A stretch of DNA of 64,000 nucleotides. It comes from Candidatus Eiseniibacteriota bacterium. GTDB taxonomy: Bacteria > Eisenbacteria > RBG-16-71-46 > CAZAMP01. The stretch covers positions 4,912,484 to 4,976,483 of the forward strand of contig OZ245046.1 of the NCBI GenBank assembly GCA_965224245.1, written 5' to 3'. Numbering within the stretch: position 1 is the first letter of the stretch; every line of letters begins with the position of its first letter. Shown piece by piece: positions 29,901 to 39,430 of this stretch. A model generated the notes under the pieces. That model was not told where the DNA came from, did not search any database, and saw nothing but the letters and a program-made list of their open reading frames with translations. The position numbers and the translations under genes were made by a program.

Positions 29901-31707
29901 CGAGCCCGACTACGCGCTGGTGAAGTTCAAGAAGCTGGCCGGCGGCGGCTACTTCAAGATCATCAACCAGTCCGTGCCGGGCGCGCTCCTTCGCCTCGGA
30001 TACCGCGGCGCGCAGATCGAGGACATCATCCGCTACTGCAAGGGCGCGGGCACACTGGACGGCGCCCCGCACATCAACGCCGAGACGCTGCGGGCGATGG
30101 GCTTCGACGACGAGCAGCTCCAGAAGGTCGAGGAGGGGCTCGGCTCGGCGTTCGAGATCGCGTTCGCGTTCAATCGCTGGACGCTGGGCGACGAGTTCTG
30201 CACCGACGTCCTCGGCTTCACGAAGGAGCAGATGGACGACTTCTCGTTCAACATGCTCGATGCGCTCGGCTTCACCAAGGAGCAGATCCGCGAGGCCAAC
30301 GACTTCGTCTGCGGCACGATGACGCTGGAGGGTGCGCCGCACCTGAAGCCCGAGCACTACGCGGTGTTCAACTGCGCCAACCGCTGCGGCCGCTACGGCA
30401 AACAGTTCATCCGTCCGGAGGCGCATCTGTTGATGATGGCCGCCGCGCAGCCGTTCCTGTCGGGTGCGATCTCGAAGACGGTCAACATGCCGCCCGACGC
30501 CACCGTGGAAGACGTCGAGCGCATCCACATGCGCGCCTGGCAGCTCATGATCAAGGCCGTGGCCATCTATCGTGACGGCTCGAAGCTCTCGCAGCCCCTG
30601 AACGCCACCGGCGACGAGGAAGACGTGCTGGAGCTGGCGGTGGCCGCCGGCGCCGAGGAAGGCGCCCTGGCCAAGGTCGCCGCCGAGGGCCCGATGGTGG
30701 TGGCCGAGCGCGTGATCCACCGCTACATCGCCAAGCGCCGCCGCCTCCCCAACCGCCGCGGCGGCTACACGCAGAAGGCGGTGGTGGGCGGCCACAAGGT
30801 GTACCTCCGCACCGGCGAGTACACCGACGGCGGCCTGGGCGAGATCTTCCTCGACATGCACAAGGAGGGCGCCGCCTACCGCTCGCTGATGAACTGCTTC
30901 GCGATCTCGATCTCGCTCGGCCTCCAGTACGGCGTGCCCCTCGAGGAGTACGTCGACGCGTTCGTGTTCACCCGCTTCGAGCCCAACGGCATCGTCTCGG
31001 GCAACCCGCACCTGAAGATGTCGACGTCCGTCATCGACTACATCTTCCGCGAGCTCGCGGTGACCTACCTGGGTCGTCACGACCTCTCACACGTGAGCCC
31101 CGAAGAGCTCGAGTCCAACTCCCAGGCCACCGGCCTCGGCGAGCCCGATGACTGGGAAGGCGAGGAGCTCGTCCTGGAGCGCCTCGTCCCCAAGGACGAG
31201 CACCAGGTCGGTCACCCGATGACGGTGCACGTCGACCCGACACATGCGGGGCCCCAGGAGCCGGCCGAGTCGCCGGTCTCCAGCACCTCAGGCGCCGGCG
31301 CATCCGGCCGAGGCCGCGGCGCCCCGGGCGGCACGGGCACTGGCACGGGCACTGGCACGGGCACTGGCACCGGCGCTGACGCCGGGGCTGGCGCTGGCAC
31401 CGGCGCTGGCGGCGCGGCAACACCCGGGAGTCCCAACGTCGGCGACTCGGTCGAGCAGGGCCGCCTGGACCTCGGCGATCAGCCGATCACGGCGGGAGGC
31501 ACCGCGGTCGGCACCGCCGTCGAGTGGCGTACCCGGGAAGAGCGCCCGGGCGTCTCGGCCACGGCGGCCTACGACGCGAAGGTGGCGGAGGCCAAGCTCA
31601 AGGGCTACGAGGGCGACGCGTGCACGGAGTGCGGCTCGCTGACGATGGTGCGCAACGGGTCGTGTCTGAAGTGCCTGAGCTGCGGGGCGACAAGCGGTTG
31701 TAGCTAG
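26911..31707 (+). CDS. nrdJ: Ribonucleoside-diphosphate/triphosphate reductase, class II (adenosylcobalamin-dependent NrdJ), interrupted by a 301-aa intein. The C-terminus has a Gly-Thr linker and a CxxC...CxxC tail.
   Basis: N-terminus '[22 protein letters not shown]...[11 protein letters not shown]', then '[45 protein letters not shown]'. Active-site region 'INGSNP|C...|[19 protein letters not shown]' is split by the intein. C-terminus '[22 protein letters not shown]'. Confidence 0.95.
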   Translation: MQIDRLFTKAGQDPYDGIEFVPRTSRITNPDGSVVFEAKDISVPKSWSQVAVDILAQKYFRKAGVPRRTVRVPEEGVPEWLWRSIPDENAADVEGEERFGMETDARQVFNRLSGCWTYWGWRHGYFTSETDARTFYDELCHMLATQVCAPNSPQWFNTGLHWAYGIDGPAQGHFFFDPKQGKVVESQSAYEHVQAHACFIQSVTDDLVNDGGIMDLWTREARLFKYGSGTGSNFSAIRGESEPLSGGGKSSGLMSFLKIGDAAAGAIKSGGTTRRAAKMVIVDADHPDIETYIGWKATEEQKVASLVAGSRLANRHLNAVMRACHAMDSKTASHDSHDEERFDPRHNTELRDALLAARMALLPENYIRRVMDLAKQGYTSIEFPEYSTDWNSDAYATVSGQNSNNSVRLTGDFMMAVQEDGRWNLIRRTDGEVSKTLRAQNLWRDIAFASWSSADPGLQFDTTINEWHTCPRGGRINGSNPCVTGDTLVSTGEGLARIDSLLEGPFSVVSGSGQLEVVKPAFVTGRKPVLKLRTRAGFELRLTADHKVFTANRGDVPAEELTLDDVLMLGRPVFGDQHISSTRAAALGEAMTRLLRTARRGGRRGAASATRAADGETRWAGDGAVATLAIAEDLAPFVELDDREIAFAPGFFALDRESIATVLTTMFASGLVVVDGHGNGTGSISLCERSKTLVQQMQQLFLAFGVKAETGSVAGSRDHFVKVPVPTVAALDERLADEDALLDEDTFVDFLHSLTPDGTETVYDLTEPATSHFVANGLVVHNCSEYMFLDDTACNLASINLAKVFRSETATFDVARYEHAIRVWTVVLEITVAMAQYPSRKIAELSHVYRTLGLGYANLGTVLMLSGIPYDSKEAFAICGALTAILTGVSYRTSAEMAGEVGPFADFERNREDMLRVMRNHRRAAYDAGPEDYEGLTILPTGISSEHCPADLASAARRAWDEAIALGEEYGYRNAQATVIAPTGTIGLVMDCDTTGIEPDYALVKFKKLAGGGYFKIINQSVPGALLRLGYRGAQIEDIIRYCKGAGTLDGAPHINAETLRAMGFDDEQLQKVEEGLGSAFEIAFAFNRWTLGDEFCTDVLGFTKEQMDDFSFNMLDALGFTKEQIREANDFVCGTMTLEGAPHLKPEHYAVFNCANRCGRYGKQFIRPEAHLLMMAAAQPFLSGAISKTVNMPPDATVEDVERIHMRAWQLMIKAVAIYRDGSKLSQPLNATGDEEDVLELAVAAGAEEGALAKVAAEGPMVVAERVIHRYIAKRRRLPNRRGGYTQKAVVGGHKVYLRTGEYTDGGLGEIFLDMHKEGAAYRSLMNCFAISISLGLQYGVPLEEYVDAFVFTRFEPNGIVSGNPHLKMSTSVIDYIFRELAVTYLGRHDLSHVSPEELESNSQATGLGEPDDWEGEELVLERLVPKDEHQVGHPMTVHVDPTHAGPQEPAESPVSSTSGAGASGRGRGAPGGTGTGTGTGTGTGTGADAGAGAGTGAGGAATPGSPNVGDSVEQGRLDLGDQPITAGGTAVGTAVEWRTREERPGVSATAAYDAKVAEAKLKGYEGDACTECGSLTMVRNGSCLKCLSCGATSGCS
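28354..29256 (+). mobile_element. Intein (301 aa) inserted at the NrdJ active-site NPC motif. The central region looks like a degenerate LAGLIDADG-type endonuclease.
   Basis: It begins '[13 protein letters not shown]' (Cys1 plus the TGDTLV block A) and ends '[10 protein letters not shown]' followed by extein 'CSEY'. Joining the flanks restores '[19 protein letters not shown]'. Internal '[16 protein letters not shown]...[14 protein letters not shown]' resembles DOD motifs. Confidence 0.8.
31331..31420 (+). repeat. Hexanucleotide microsatellite (ggcacN)n/(ggcgcN)n inside nrdJ, encoding (GT)n/(GA)n.
   Basis: 'ggcacgggcactggcacgggcactggcacgggcactggcaccggcgctgacgccggggctggcgctggcaccggcgctggc', translating to [27 protein letters not shown]. 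Confidence 0.8.
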
Positions 31708-31721
31708 CGCCCCGCTCTGCC

Positions 31722-32408
31722 TCACCGCCGATGCGTCTCTGATCGACGATGGATCGCCTTCACGCGCCCCCACGTCGTGCCGATGACCGGCGTCGCCGGA
31801 CACGCGTCGATCTGAAACGGATAGTCGCCGGCGAGGTCGACCAGTCCGAGATTCGCGGTGGCGACGAAACGCGGGCCGTGAGCCACGTCGGTCACCTCCG
31901 CGACCCCGAACGCATGGTCCGTGACCTCGATGTAGCCCCTGGCCCCGACATCGACATCGAACGCACCGATTACGAAGCCCCCCCGGGCGTTCATCGCGAC
32001 GGCCGGGGTCCAATCGAAGAACGCGCTCCCCGTGGACGCCGGGAACCCGAACGCATCTGTTCCGGCGTCCGTGCAATAGTGCCAGGCGCGCACGTTCGCG
32101 GACGGTGGAAACACCACTCCGAAGGCCGCGCCGCGTAGCGAGTCGGCCCCGGCGATCACGATGTAAACTCGCTGCGTGGTTGAGTTATCCCCCTCAATGA
32201 CGTACATGCCACAGCCCAGGGAGTCGACCAACTCCGGAGCGCATGGATCCGAGCTCAGATCCGCACCGGTCTCGATGTGGAGGCCGATGGACGGCACTGA
32301 CGACGCGTCGGCGGAGAGGTCTGCGTGACACACCGCCAGCAGGACGAAGGTGGCGAAGCTACAGCGAGGCGAGATCGCGCGCACGGAAAACCCCCTGCCG
32401 GCGGACAC
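31722..32408 (-). CDS. Small secreted protein, copy 1 of a tandem-duplicated gene, ending 'TTWGRVKAIHRR'.
   Basis: About 90% identical to the next gene. Signal peptide 'FATFVLLAVCHADLS'. C-terminus '...DYPFQIDACPATPVIGTTWGRVKAIHRRSETHRR'. Confidence 0.6.
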   Translation of the reverse strand: MSAGRGFSVRAISPRCSFATFVLLAVCHADLSADASSVPSIGLHIETGADLSSDPCAPELVDSLGCGMYVIEGDNSTTQRVYIVIAGADSLRGAAFGVVFPPSANVRAWHYCTDAGTDAFGFPASTGSAFFDWTPAVAMNARGGFVIGAFDVDVGARGYIEVTDHAFGVAEVTDVAHGPRFVATANLGLVDLAGDYPFQIDACPATPVIGTTWGRVKAIHRRSETHRR

Positions 32409-32461
32409 GGCACGATGGTCGGCGAAACCTCAGCCATGGGCGTGGCCTGGGCACGTAGAAT

Positions 32462-33103
32462 CTAGCGATAGGTTGCCTTGACGCGTCCCCATGTCGTGCC
32501 GATGATCGGCGTGACCGGACACGGGTCGTTCTGGAATGGATAGTCGCCGGCAAGATCGACAAGCCCGAGATGGGCGACTCGAACCAACCGCGTACCGTGG
32601 ATTACATCGGTTACCTCCGCGACCCCGAACGCATGGTCCGTAACCTCGATGTAGCCCCTGGCTCCGACATCGACATCGAACGCACCGATTACGAAGCCCC
32701 CCCGGGCGTTCATTGCGACGGCCGGGGTCCAATCGAAGAATGCGCTCCCCGTGGACGCCGGGAACCCGAACGCATCTGTTCCGGCGTCCGTGCAGTAGTG
32801 CCAGGCGCGCACGTTCGCGGACGGTGGAAACACCACCCCGAAGGCCGCGCCGCGCAGCGAGTCCACACCTGCGATCACGATGTAGACCCGCTGCGTGGCT
32901 GAGCTGTCCCCCTCGATGACATACATGCCACAGCCGAGGGAGTCCACCATCTCCGGAGCGCAGGGATCCGAGCTCAGATCCGCACCGGCTTCGATGTGTA
33001 GGCCGATCGACGGCACGGACGAAGTCTCACCGGAGACGTCCGCGTGACACACCGCAAGAAAGACCAAAGTGGCGAGGCTACCTTGTGACAAGCCCACGCG
33101 CAT
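32462..33103 (-). CDS. Small secreted protein, copy 2 of the tandem duplicate, ending 'TTWGRVKATYR'.
   Basis: Start ATG at 33103 preceded by 'AGGAAGGAG'. Signal peptide 'MRVGLSQGSLATLVFLAVCHADVSG'. The body is nearly identical to copy 1. The listed ORF extends to 33361. Confidence 0.6.
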   Translation of the reverse strand: MRVGLSQGSLATLVFLAVCHADVSGETSSVPSIGLHIEAGADLSSDPCAPEMVDSLGCGMYVIEGDSSATQRVYIVIAGVDSLRGAAFGVVFPPSANVRAWHYCTDAGTDAFGFPASTGSAFFDWTPAVAMNARGGFVIGAFDVDVGARGYIEVTDHAFGVAEVTDVIHGTRLVRVAHLGLVDLAGDYPFQNDPCPVTPIIGTTWGRVKATYR

Positions 33104-35936
33104 GGCGCACTCCTTCCTCATCGATGGCACGGACGAAGTAGACGCCGGTCGACAGACTGTGGAACTCCACCGCCGCGTGGTGATTGGCGAGGGGCTTCGT
33201 CGCAACAAGCCGTCCCTGCACATCGAAGAGGTCCACGCGGGATGTGACCGCGGCTGTGCCTTCCATCGAGACGCGCAACCCACCCGAAAGACTCTGGACC
33301 GACATCGCCGCGCCGTGACCGACAGAACCCAGCTCCGGAGCGACGTCGAGAGCGAAATCATGCGGCATCAGAAGTGATCCCATGTAGACGCGCCTCGACC
33401 AGTAGCCCCACGGATCCGTCTCGTCATAGTAGCCCAGAACGAATGCCCTGAAGTGCTGCGACGATGTCGGGTCGTCGACGACCATCAGCCGGTATGGCGT
33501 GCGTGGCCCGACGCTCGGCACGATTGCACTCAGGGGTGAGACGTAGTTCATGAACCCACTCTCTGGGTTCAGGACGGCGACGGCGGTGCAGGAGTTCGGG
33601 TCACACCCGGTGCTGGGCATTGCCATCGCCATGACGGGCCGTCCCTCGGTCGTGATGGCGACGTCCATCCCAGCCGCAAGCGTGTAATCATCGGAGCATG
33701 AAGCAACCGTCTCCCAGGGGCTCAGGCCATCGGGGTCGATTCGAAACATGAACGCCGAGTAGCGATCCAGCGGAACGGCCTGGTGGTAGCCCCAACCGGA
33801 GACGTAGATCTCGCCTGAACGTCCCACGGCTACGCCGGTCAGGCGGTAGTCAGAGCTGATGAGCTGTGGGTAACAGTAGTAGGTGTAGTCCGATTGCGTG
33901 TCGAGGTTGCGAAAGACCACGACGGGCCGAACCGTTCCCCCGTACTGCACCCGGGCGGACATGGCGAGCGTTCCATCCTCCCCGATTGCGATCAGCCCCG
34001 GAAACGCGCTCCCCTCACCCGCCGCAAGACTGACCCCCTCAACGAAGATCATCGTGGCAAGGTCGACGGCCACGAGAACCACTTCACTCACGCCGCCTGC
34101 GTCCCGAGACTCGCCAGCGATCCACAGGAGGCCACCCGGACGTGGGTCCATTACCGCGATATCAGCCGAGGGCTGCAACGCGAACACCGGCAGCGTGAAC
34201 TCGCTCTCGATCGCCCCGGTGCCCGAGACCTTCAGGACGAATTGCCTGCGCTGTGACGCCGTCTCGGTGAAGCCAACGACGTACGCACAGCCACCCCGGA
34301 TGAAGACCCCTGCCGCGGTCTCGTCTCCGTCGGGGAGCTCCGTGCTGGCGTACGGCACCGACCAGTCCACGCTTCCATCGGTCGCGTCGACCTTCATGAT
34401 GGCCAGGTCGGTCTTGCCATCGTAGGTGCGACGGCGGTCGGCGACGAACACCGAGGTCCCATCGAAGGCGATCAGACTCTCGTTTCGACGCGATCCGAGC
34501 ATGTCTCCCACCGACCCGTCGTCGCCGGGCTGGCCGACGCCGTTGTACCAGCGAGACCACTCGACGCCGCCGTCGAACTCCCGCGTCACCATCGCGTATC
34601 GGCTGTCCTTACCCACGATGGATGAGAAGGTCACCTCCGAGGCGGTACCAACGGACAGATCGACGATCGCATGAGGCACCGCGACGTATCCGGGAGCCTC
34701 GTCCAGAACATCCTCCCAGTCGTCTTGCAGTGCCCAGGGAAGGGTCGCCCCCGACACCCCCTGACAGTCGTAGATCCAGGGCTCCGCAGGGGAATCCGTG
34801 CAGAAGGACAGGTACTGGCGAGGAATCTCCGTCGCGCCGGCGGGCGGCGCGGGATTCGAGGGATCCCCCGACCCACAGATGTTCGGCGGCGCCGACCCCG
34901 CGATGGCCGCGGCACCGAGGAAGTCGGTGTCGACGAACGCGTACGGGCCCGGGGAGCCGGCGAAGCTCGGTGCCTCGGCGCCGAACGGTGCGATGACCCG
35001 CATCTCCCCCACGGAGTACGCATCCACGTCGAAGTACCCCACCGGGATCAGGCCGCCAGCCGAGGAAGCCGTCTGCGCGGTATCCCACGAGACGGTGACA
35101 CCCGCGCCGCGCGAAGGCCAGCCGCCCAGGGCGCGGGACGTGCCCCCACCGCATGTCGACCAGTCGGAGAAGCGAAGGCCCGCATCCACGTCCAGCCCGA
35201 AGGACAGCACCTTCAGGTCCGCGATGCCGGACGCGAGAAGATAGACGCGATGCGAGACCGTGCCGTCACCGTCGGCGGTGACGACCGTCGAGCAGTCCAG
35301 CGAGTCGAGATCGGCGCACACCGTGGTGCTCTCGACGACATGCAAGAAGAGCGCGGGGTCTCGAACGTCTTCACACGCGCGTTCACCGCCACCGGAGCCG
35401 GCGACATCGGCGACACCTAGATGGCCGGGCGCGATGGTGTGAGTCACCCCGTCTGCGTCCGTGTATTCCGCTCGCCCGATGCGACTGTCGTTCACGACGG
35501 TCACTACGCCGGTCGAGCCGGCCTCCACCGTCAGATAGCCGACGACGGCAAGACCATCGGGGCCGTCTGGATACTCGGGTTCGTCCCAGGTGACGGCCAC
35601 CCCGGTTCCGGATGCTGGCCATCCGGTCTCGGGGATCTGAAGGCCACCGGCACAGCTCGTCCATCCGACGACGGACACCGAGGAGTCGTACTCGATGGCG
35701 AACTGCACGCCGGCGATCGACCACACGTCGGCGGCCAGAATCCAGACGAACTGTGCATGGGCCGAGCTGCCCTCCACGATCGTCGTCGTGCACGTCAGCG
35801 TGTCCACGTCGAGTGCCGTGCATCCAGCGTAGGAAGCGTCCGTCACGTGGACGGCGAGGGCGGGCTCCGAGCGGGCCGTCCCGATCAGCCCGGCGGACAC
35901 CAGGATCAGCATTGGGATCCATGACTTGGTATGCAT
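33078..35936 (-). CDS. Large secreted protein (952 aa) with beta-propeller-like repeats and a FlgD-Ig/T9SS-type C-terminal domain.
   Basis: Signal peptide 'MHTKSWIPMLILVSAGLIGTARS'. C-terminus 'SVQSLSGGLRVSMEGTAAVTSRVDLFDVQGRLVATKPLANHHAAVEFHSLSTGVYFVRAIDEEGVRHARGLVTR'. No catalytic motif recognised. Confidence 0.6.
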   Translation of the reverse strand: MHTKSWIPMLILVSAGLIGTARSEPALAVHVTDASYAGCTALDVDTLTCTTTIVEGSSAHAQFVWILAADVWSIAGVQFAIEYDSSVSVVGWTSCAGGLQIPETGWPASGTGVAVTWDEPEYPDGPDGLAVVGYLTVEAGSTGVVTVVNDSRIGRAEYTDADGVTHTIAPGHLGVADVAGSGGGERACEDVRDPALFLHVVESTTVCADLDSLDCSTVVTADGDGTVSHRVYLLASGIADLKVLSFGLDVDAGLRFSDWSTCGGGTSRALGGWPSRGAGVTVSWDTAQTASSAGGLIPVGYFDVDAYSVGEMRVIAPFGAEAPSFAGSPGPYAFVDTDFLGAAAIAGSAPPNICGSGDPSNPAPPAGATEIPRQYLSFCTDSPAEPWIYDCQGVSGATLPWALQDDWEDVLDEAPGYVAVPHAIVDLSVGTASEVTFSSIVGKDSRYAMVTREFDGGVEWSRWYNGVGQPGDDGSVGDMLGSRRNESLIAFDGTSVFVADRRRTYDGKTDLAIMKVDATDGSVDWSVPYASTELPDGDETAAGVFIRGGCAYVVGFTETASQRRQFVLKVSGTGAIESEFTLPVFALQPSADIAVMDPRPGGLLWIAGESRDAGGVSEVVLVAVDLATMIFVEGVSLAAGEGSAFPGLIAIGEDGTLAMSARVQYGGTVRPVVVFRNLDTQSDYTYYCYPQLISSDYRLTGVAVGRSGEIYVSGWGYHQAVPLDRYSAFMFRIDPDGLSPWETVASCSDDYTLAAGMDVAITTEGRPVMAMAMPSTGCDPNSCTAVAVLNPESGFMNYVSPLSAIVPSVGPRTPYRLMVVDDPTSSQHFRAFVLGYYDETDPWGYWSRRVYMGSLLMPHDFALDVAPELGSVGHGAAMSVQSLSGGLRVSMEGTAAVTSRVDLFDVQGRLVATKPLANHHAAVEFHSLSTGVYFVRAIDEEGVRHARGLVTR

Positions 35937-36093
35937 CTCGTGACCTCCGAAATCGTGCCCTGCGCGTTCATAGGCTCATGGGTCAATCCAGAAATGATAT
36001 CAAAAGCATCTGATATTGGATACATCGAAACAGCCCAGGTGGGCACGAGAACGCAGAAGGCCGGGCCTCGGCGCGTCCGCAACGATGCTGGCG

Positions 36094-37332
36094 TCAGCGT
36101 CGCTCGAGGTGCCCCCTCGAAAGCACGATGTCGATACCCTCCGTGGCGGCATGGGACGATCGACCCCGCCGGCCGGTGACCGTCATGACCGTGTCGTACC
36201 ACCCCCGACACACCAGCACCTCGTCATCGGCGAGCCAGAACACCCGATCCGCACGTGGGTCAGCATCCAGCTCCACCCGTACGATCTCCCGCACGCTCTC
36301 CGTTCGCGGATCCAGCACGTCCCACTCCTGGAACGCGCCCGACGGTGCGTCATACGCCCCCCGGCTCGTCAGCACGTGGAGGTCACCGCCAGGCCCCACA
36401 CGCAGGTCGACGACATCGGGATCGAACGGCGCGACGTGAACCGAGACCTCCGGACAGGTGCGACACGCGGGATCCCGGCGGGGCGTCCTTGCCGCACGGA
36501 GTCGTTCGATCTCCTCCCGAGGTCGTCGATTGTGCTCGTACGGAATGCGAATCGATCCGATCCCCCCGGAAGGATCGAACACCGTGATCTCGTACCGGTC
36601 GTAGTGCTCGGCCGCGTAGACATGACCATCGGGCGCCACGTCCCATGCCCGCAGGAAGTAGTCCTCGATCTCGTCCAGCTCGATCCGTTGCCGATCCTTC
36701 CGGATCGACTTCGTCTCGTAGGTTGCGAGCTGTCGACTTCCGGCCGGGTCGAGCTTGACGAGGCTGAAGTGGTTCGTCGTAGATCGTGCGTCGCGATCGA
36801 TGCCGGACCTCTTCAGGACGAGCCCGCTGCCGCAGGTCCTGAGCTCCCAGCCGAGCGATCGCCGATCTCCACCCGGACACACCTGTCGATCCACGAACCG
36901 TCCATCGGGTGTGAACCGGAGGATGCGAGCCGGGCTTCGCTCCAGAACGAGGAGCTCACCGGTCGGGCTCCAGGCGAGCGACCTCGGATCGTCGGCGATG
37001 TCCCCCGGTCCCTCCCCCGGGCGCCCGATGCGTCGCAGAAGGGCACCATCCGGGTCGAAGACCCACACGGTCTGCTGCTGGCGATCGAGGAGATACACGT
37101 TGCCGTCGTCATCGCGCGTGGCGCCGGCGGGCACGCCGACGAGATACGCGGGGTCGGAGTCGCTCAGACGCCAGGCTTCCTCGAACGCGAGCGCGAGGCG
37201 CGACTGTGCCCGACCATCGCCGGGAGCGCCGAGAAGCCCACCGACGACGACGCCAGCCCAGACGACGCACCCGATGCGACCGACACGACCGATCGACCCC
37301 GAGATCACGGGCCGCTCCGCGCGAACGCGCAT
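36094..37332 (-). CDS. Secreted six-bladed beta-propeller (NHL/TolB-like) protein.
   Basis: Signal or anchor 'IGCVVWAGVVVGGLLGA'. Repeated 'DDDGNVYLLDRQQQTVWVFDPDGALLRRIG', 'SPTGELLVLERSPARILRFTPDGRF', 'APDGHVYAAEHYDRYEITVFDPSG' blades. Confidence 0.55.
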   Translation of the reverse strand: MRVRAERPVISGSIGRVGRIGCVVWAGVVVGGLLGAPGDGRAQSRLALAFEEAWRLSDSDPAYLVGVPAGATRDDDGNVYLLDRQQQTVWVFDPDGALLRRIGRPGEGPGDIADDPRSLAWSPTGELLVLERSPARILRFTPDGRFVDRQVCPGGDRRSLGWELRTCGSGLVLKRSGIDRDARSTTNHFSLVKLDPAGSRQLATYETKSIRKDRQRIELDEIEDYFLRAWDVAPDGHVYAAEHYDRYEITVFDPSGGIGSIRIPYEHNRRPREEIERLRAARTPRRDPACRTCPEVSVHVAPFDPDVVDLRVGPGGDLHVLTSRGAYDAPSGAFQEWDVLDPRTESVREIVRVELDADPRADRVFWLADDEVLVCRGWYDTVMTVTGRRGRSSHAATEGIDIVLSRGHLERR

Positions 37333-37556
37333 GGTTCGGTCTGGCAGGTCATCGACTGCCAGTCGTCATCGAGGACGTAATAGCAGTCGAGCGTGGAGAG
37401 CGAACCGACGCAGTTCGCGCCATCGCACTGCCGGTAGCTGCATCCCTCGAGCGGGTCCACCGGGGCTCCCACCATCTGCGTCGGCGCAAACAGCAGCCCG
37501 GCGACGGTGGCGAGCATGAACGCGCCAATCGCGAGCAGGAATCGGTTCCGGGCCAT
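37305..37556 (-). CDS. Small secreted cysteine-rich peptide (83 aa; 8 Cys in the mature part).
   Basis: Signal peptide 'MARNRFLLAIGAFMLATVAGLLFAPTQMVGA', then 'PVDPLEGCSYRQCDGANCVGSLSTLDCYYVLDDDWQSMTCQTEPCAFARSGP'. Its stop overlaps the start of the downstream beta-propeller gene. Confidence 0.45.
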   Translation of the reverse strand: MARNRFLLAIGAFMLATVAGLLFAPTQMVGAPVDPLEGCSYRQCDGANCVGSLSTLDCYYVLDDDWQSMTCQTEPCAFARSGP

Positions 37557-37820
37557 TCAAGAGCCCCCCATCGAACTGTCCAAGCGGACGAGTCATCGAT
37601 CGGCAGTCATGTTCGGCACCCGGACCATCTATTAATGGATACCACATCGCGCCGCGGAGACGCAACCGTGGTGACCGAGGGCGGCGCGCATCCGCACGGT
37701 GCCCGTGGAATCGAGGTCTCCGACGGGATGCACGGATCGGACGTCGATCGCTGGTATCATCCACCCGCCCGGAGCCGTCCAACGAGATAGGGCTTCCGCA
37801 CGTCGAACCAAGGAGTCCCC

Positions 37821-39107
37821 ATGCGATCCATCGATCTCATGGTGGGGGGATTGGTCCTCGCCGTCACGACGGGATCTCTCGCTCGCGCCGAGTGCGTGGA
37901 CTACGCCGACCCACCCGCCGACCCGCTCCTCGGATACCTCGAGATCCCCGGTGATCCCGGAGACATCACCCTTCGCGACGGCGTCGTCACGCTCGCGGTG
38001 ACCGATCCCGACGGCGGAACGCCGGTGATGATGACCGTCGACGTCTCCGACCCTTCGGCACCGACGCCCCTCGACACGATCGCGTCCCCCGCGGCGTACG
38101 GCCGGATCGTCCTCGAGGGAGACCAGCTTCACGCCGCCGGACCGTCGCTGGCGCACTTCGACGCGTCCGATCCGACGGACCTCGTCGCCCTCGGCACGCT
38201 GGACGCGATCGAGTTCCCGTCACAGAACGCGCGGGCGCTCGCGGTCGTGGGCACGCTCGCCTATCTGGCCACCGAGGACGAACGTCTCGTCATCGCCGAC
38301 GTGAGCGGAGACCCGTTGCCGCTCGGCGATCTCGCGATCGGTGCGGCGACGAGCCTCAACGACCTCGTGGTCAAGGACGGGTACGTCTACCTCGTGGGCA
38401 TCGGCGGGCTCTTCATCGTCGACGCCACCGACCCCGCAGCGCCGGAGTTCGTGGACACGATCAGCCTCGAGAACCAGGGCACGTCGATCGGCCTCGTCGG
38501 AAGCACGGCGATCGTCGCGGTGTTCGAACGCGCCAGCGCGACGTTCGATCTGTCTGCGCCGGGCTCGCCGGCGCCTCTCGGAACGGGGCCGAGCCTGGCC
38601 CGGTTCGCGACCACGGGAACGATCCTCTATGCGATCGAGGCATCGGACCTCACGGCGTACGACTACTCCGATCCGACATCACCCGAGGAGATCGGATCGC
38701 TCACGTTCTTCTTCTCGTTCGACCTCGCGGTCGATGGATGCCTCGTGGCCGGGTTCAATCCGTTCTTCCCGCCCGAGGAGCTCCGGCTGTTTCCGGCGCA
38801 CGACCGGGTGACGGTGAGTGTACCCGGGTACAGTGCCTCCGCCCCCGCCGTGTCGTGTGCGCCGAACCCGATGTCGACCATGACGACGTTGCGTCTCGAG
38901 GGTGTGACGGATGGGGAGACGCGGGTGACGATCCATGATGTGCGGGGTCGTCGCGTGCGCACGCTCCATGGCGAGGTGGACGCGACCGGCTCGCTCGTCG
39001 TGCGGTGGGATGGCCGAGACGATGTCGGTCGAAGGCCGGTGCCGGGGGTGTACGTCTGTGTCAGCGGTGATGGTGTGACGAGGGGGCGGATCACCGTCGC
39101 TCCGTGA
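37821..39107 (+). CDS. Secreted LVIVD-repeat beta-propeller protein with a FlgD-Ig/T9SS-type C-terminal domain.
   Basis: Signal peptide 'MRSIDLMVGGLVLAVTTGSLARA'. Repeats 'VDVSDPSAPTPLDTI', 'FDASDPTDLVALGTL', 'VDATDPAAPEFVDTI', 'YDYSDPTSPEEIGSL'. C-terminus 'CAPNPMSTMTTLRLEG...VTIHDVRGRRVRTLHGEVDATGSLVVRWDGRDDVGRRPVPGVYV'. Confidence 0.7.
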   Translation: MRSIDLMVGGLVLAVTTGSLARAECVDYADPPADPLLGYLEIPGDPGDITLRDGVVTLAVTDPDGGTPVMMTVDVSDPSAPTPLDTIASPAAYGRIVLEGDQLHAAGPSLAHFDASDPTDLVALGTLDAIEFPSQNARALAVVGTLAYLATEDERLVIADVSGDPLPLGDLAIGAATSLNDLVVKDGYVYLVGIGGLFIVDATDPAAPEFVDTISLENQGTSIGLVGSTAIVAVFERASATFDLSAPGSPAPLGTGPSLARFATTGTILYAIEASDLTAYDYSDPTSPEEIGSLTFFFSFDLAVDGCLVAGFNPFFPPEELRLFPAHDRVTVSVPGYSASAPAVSCAPNPMSTMTTLRLEGVTDGETRVTIHDVRGRRVRTLHGEVDATGSLVVRWDGRDDVGRRPVPGVYVCVSGDGVTRGRITVAP

Positions 39108-39430
39108 CGACCCAATCGTCCGCGTGTCAGCCTCGGCGGCATCGTTGGGGGCTGAGGTGCTCAGGCCGAAGCGGTCTGCGGGGTCGGTAGCCCCATTCAC
39201 ATGAAGCTGCCGTGCTCTTGGCCCGAGACCACGAAGGTCGGACTTCCGCTGCCGGGCTACCCCGACGCATGCGATCTTTCGATCGGTCCTGGCCGAACGG
39301 GTTGCCCAACCTGAAGTCATGGAATACAATGGGCGCGCCTCATCCTATGAATGTCGTGTAAGAGATATGAAACGGTCGATATAAGAGCACGTCGGAAGAC
39401 AGGCAATTCCCCGCTCGGAGGTGCTCACTG

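Larger units (their letters stand above)
31720..33200. repeat. Direct tandem duplication of an approximately 740-bp unit (gene plus flank).
   Basis: Long stretches of near-identical DNA. For example, 'gatcgacgatggatcgccttcacgcgcccccacgtcgtgccgatgaccggcgtc' at 31.74 kb matches 'gcgataggttgccttgacgcgtccccatgtcgtgccgatgatcggcgtgacc' at 32.47 kb, and the identical runs continue beyond them. Confidence 0.8.

Noticed and set aside
27046-31080. 1344-aa minus-strand ORF antisense to nrdJ.
   Set aside because: NrdJ motifs unambiguously identify the plus strand. The antisense translation is repetitive Ala/Gly/Arg/Val-rich.
38730-38770. T-loop-like 'GGGTTCAATCC' suggesting a tRNA.
   Set aside because: It lies inside the 37821..39107 CDS. 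The flanking sequence does not form the T stem or an acceptor stem.
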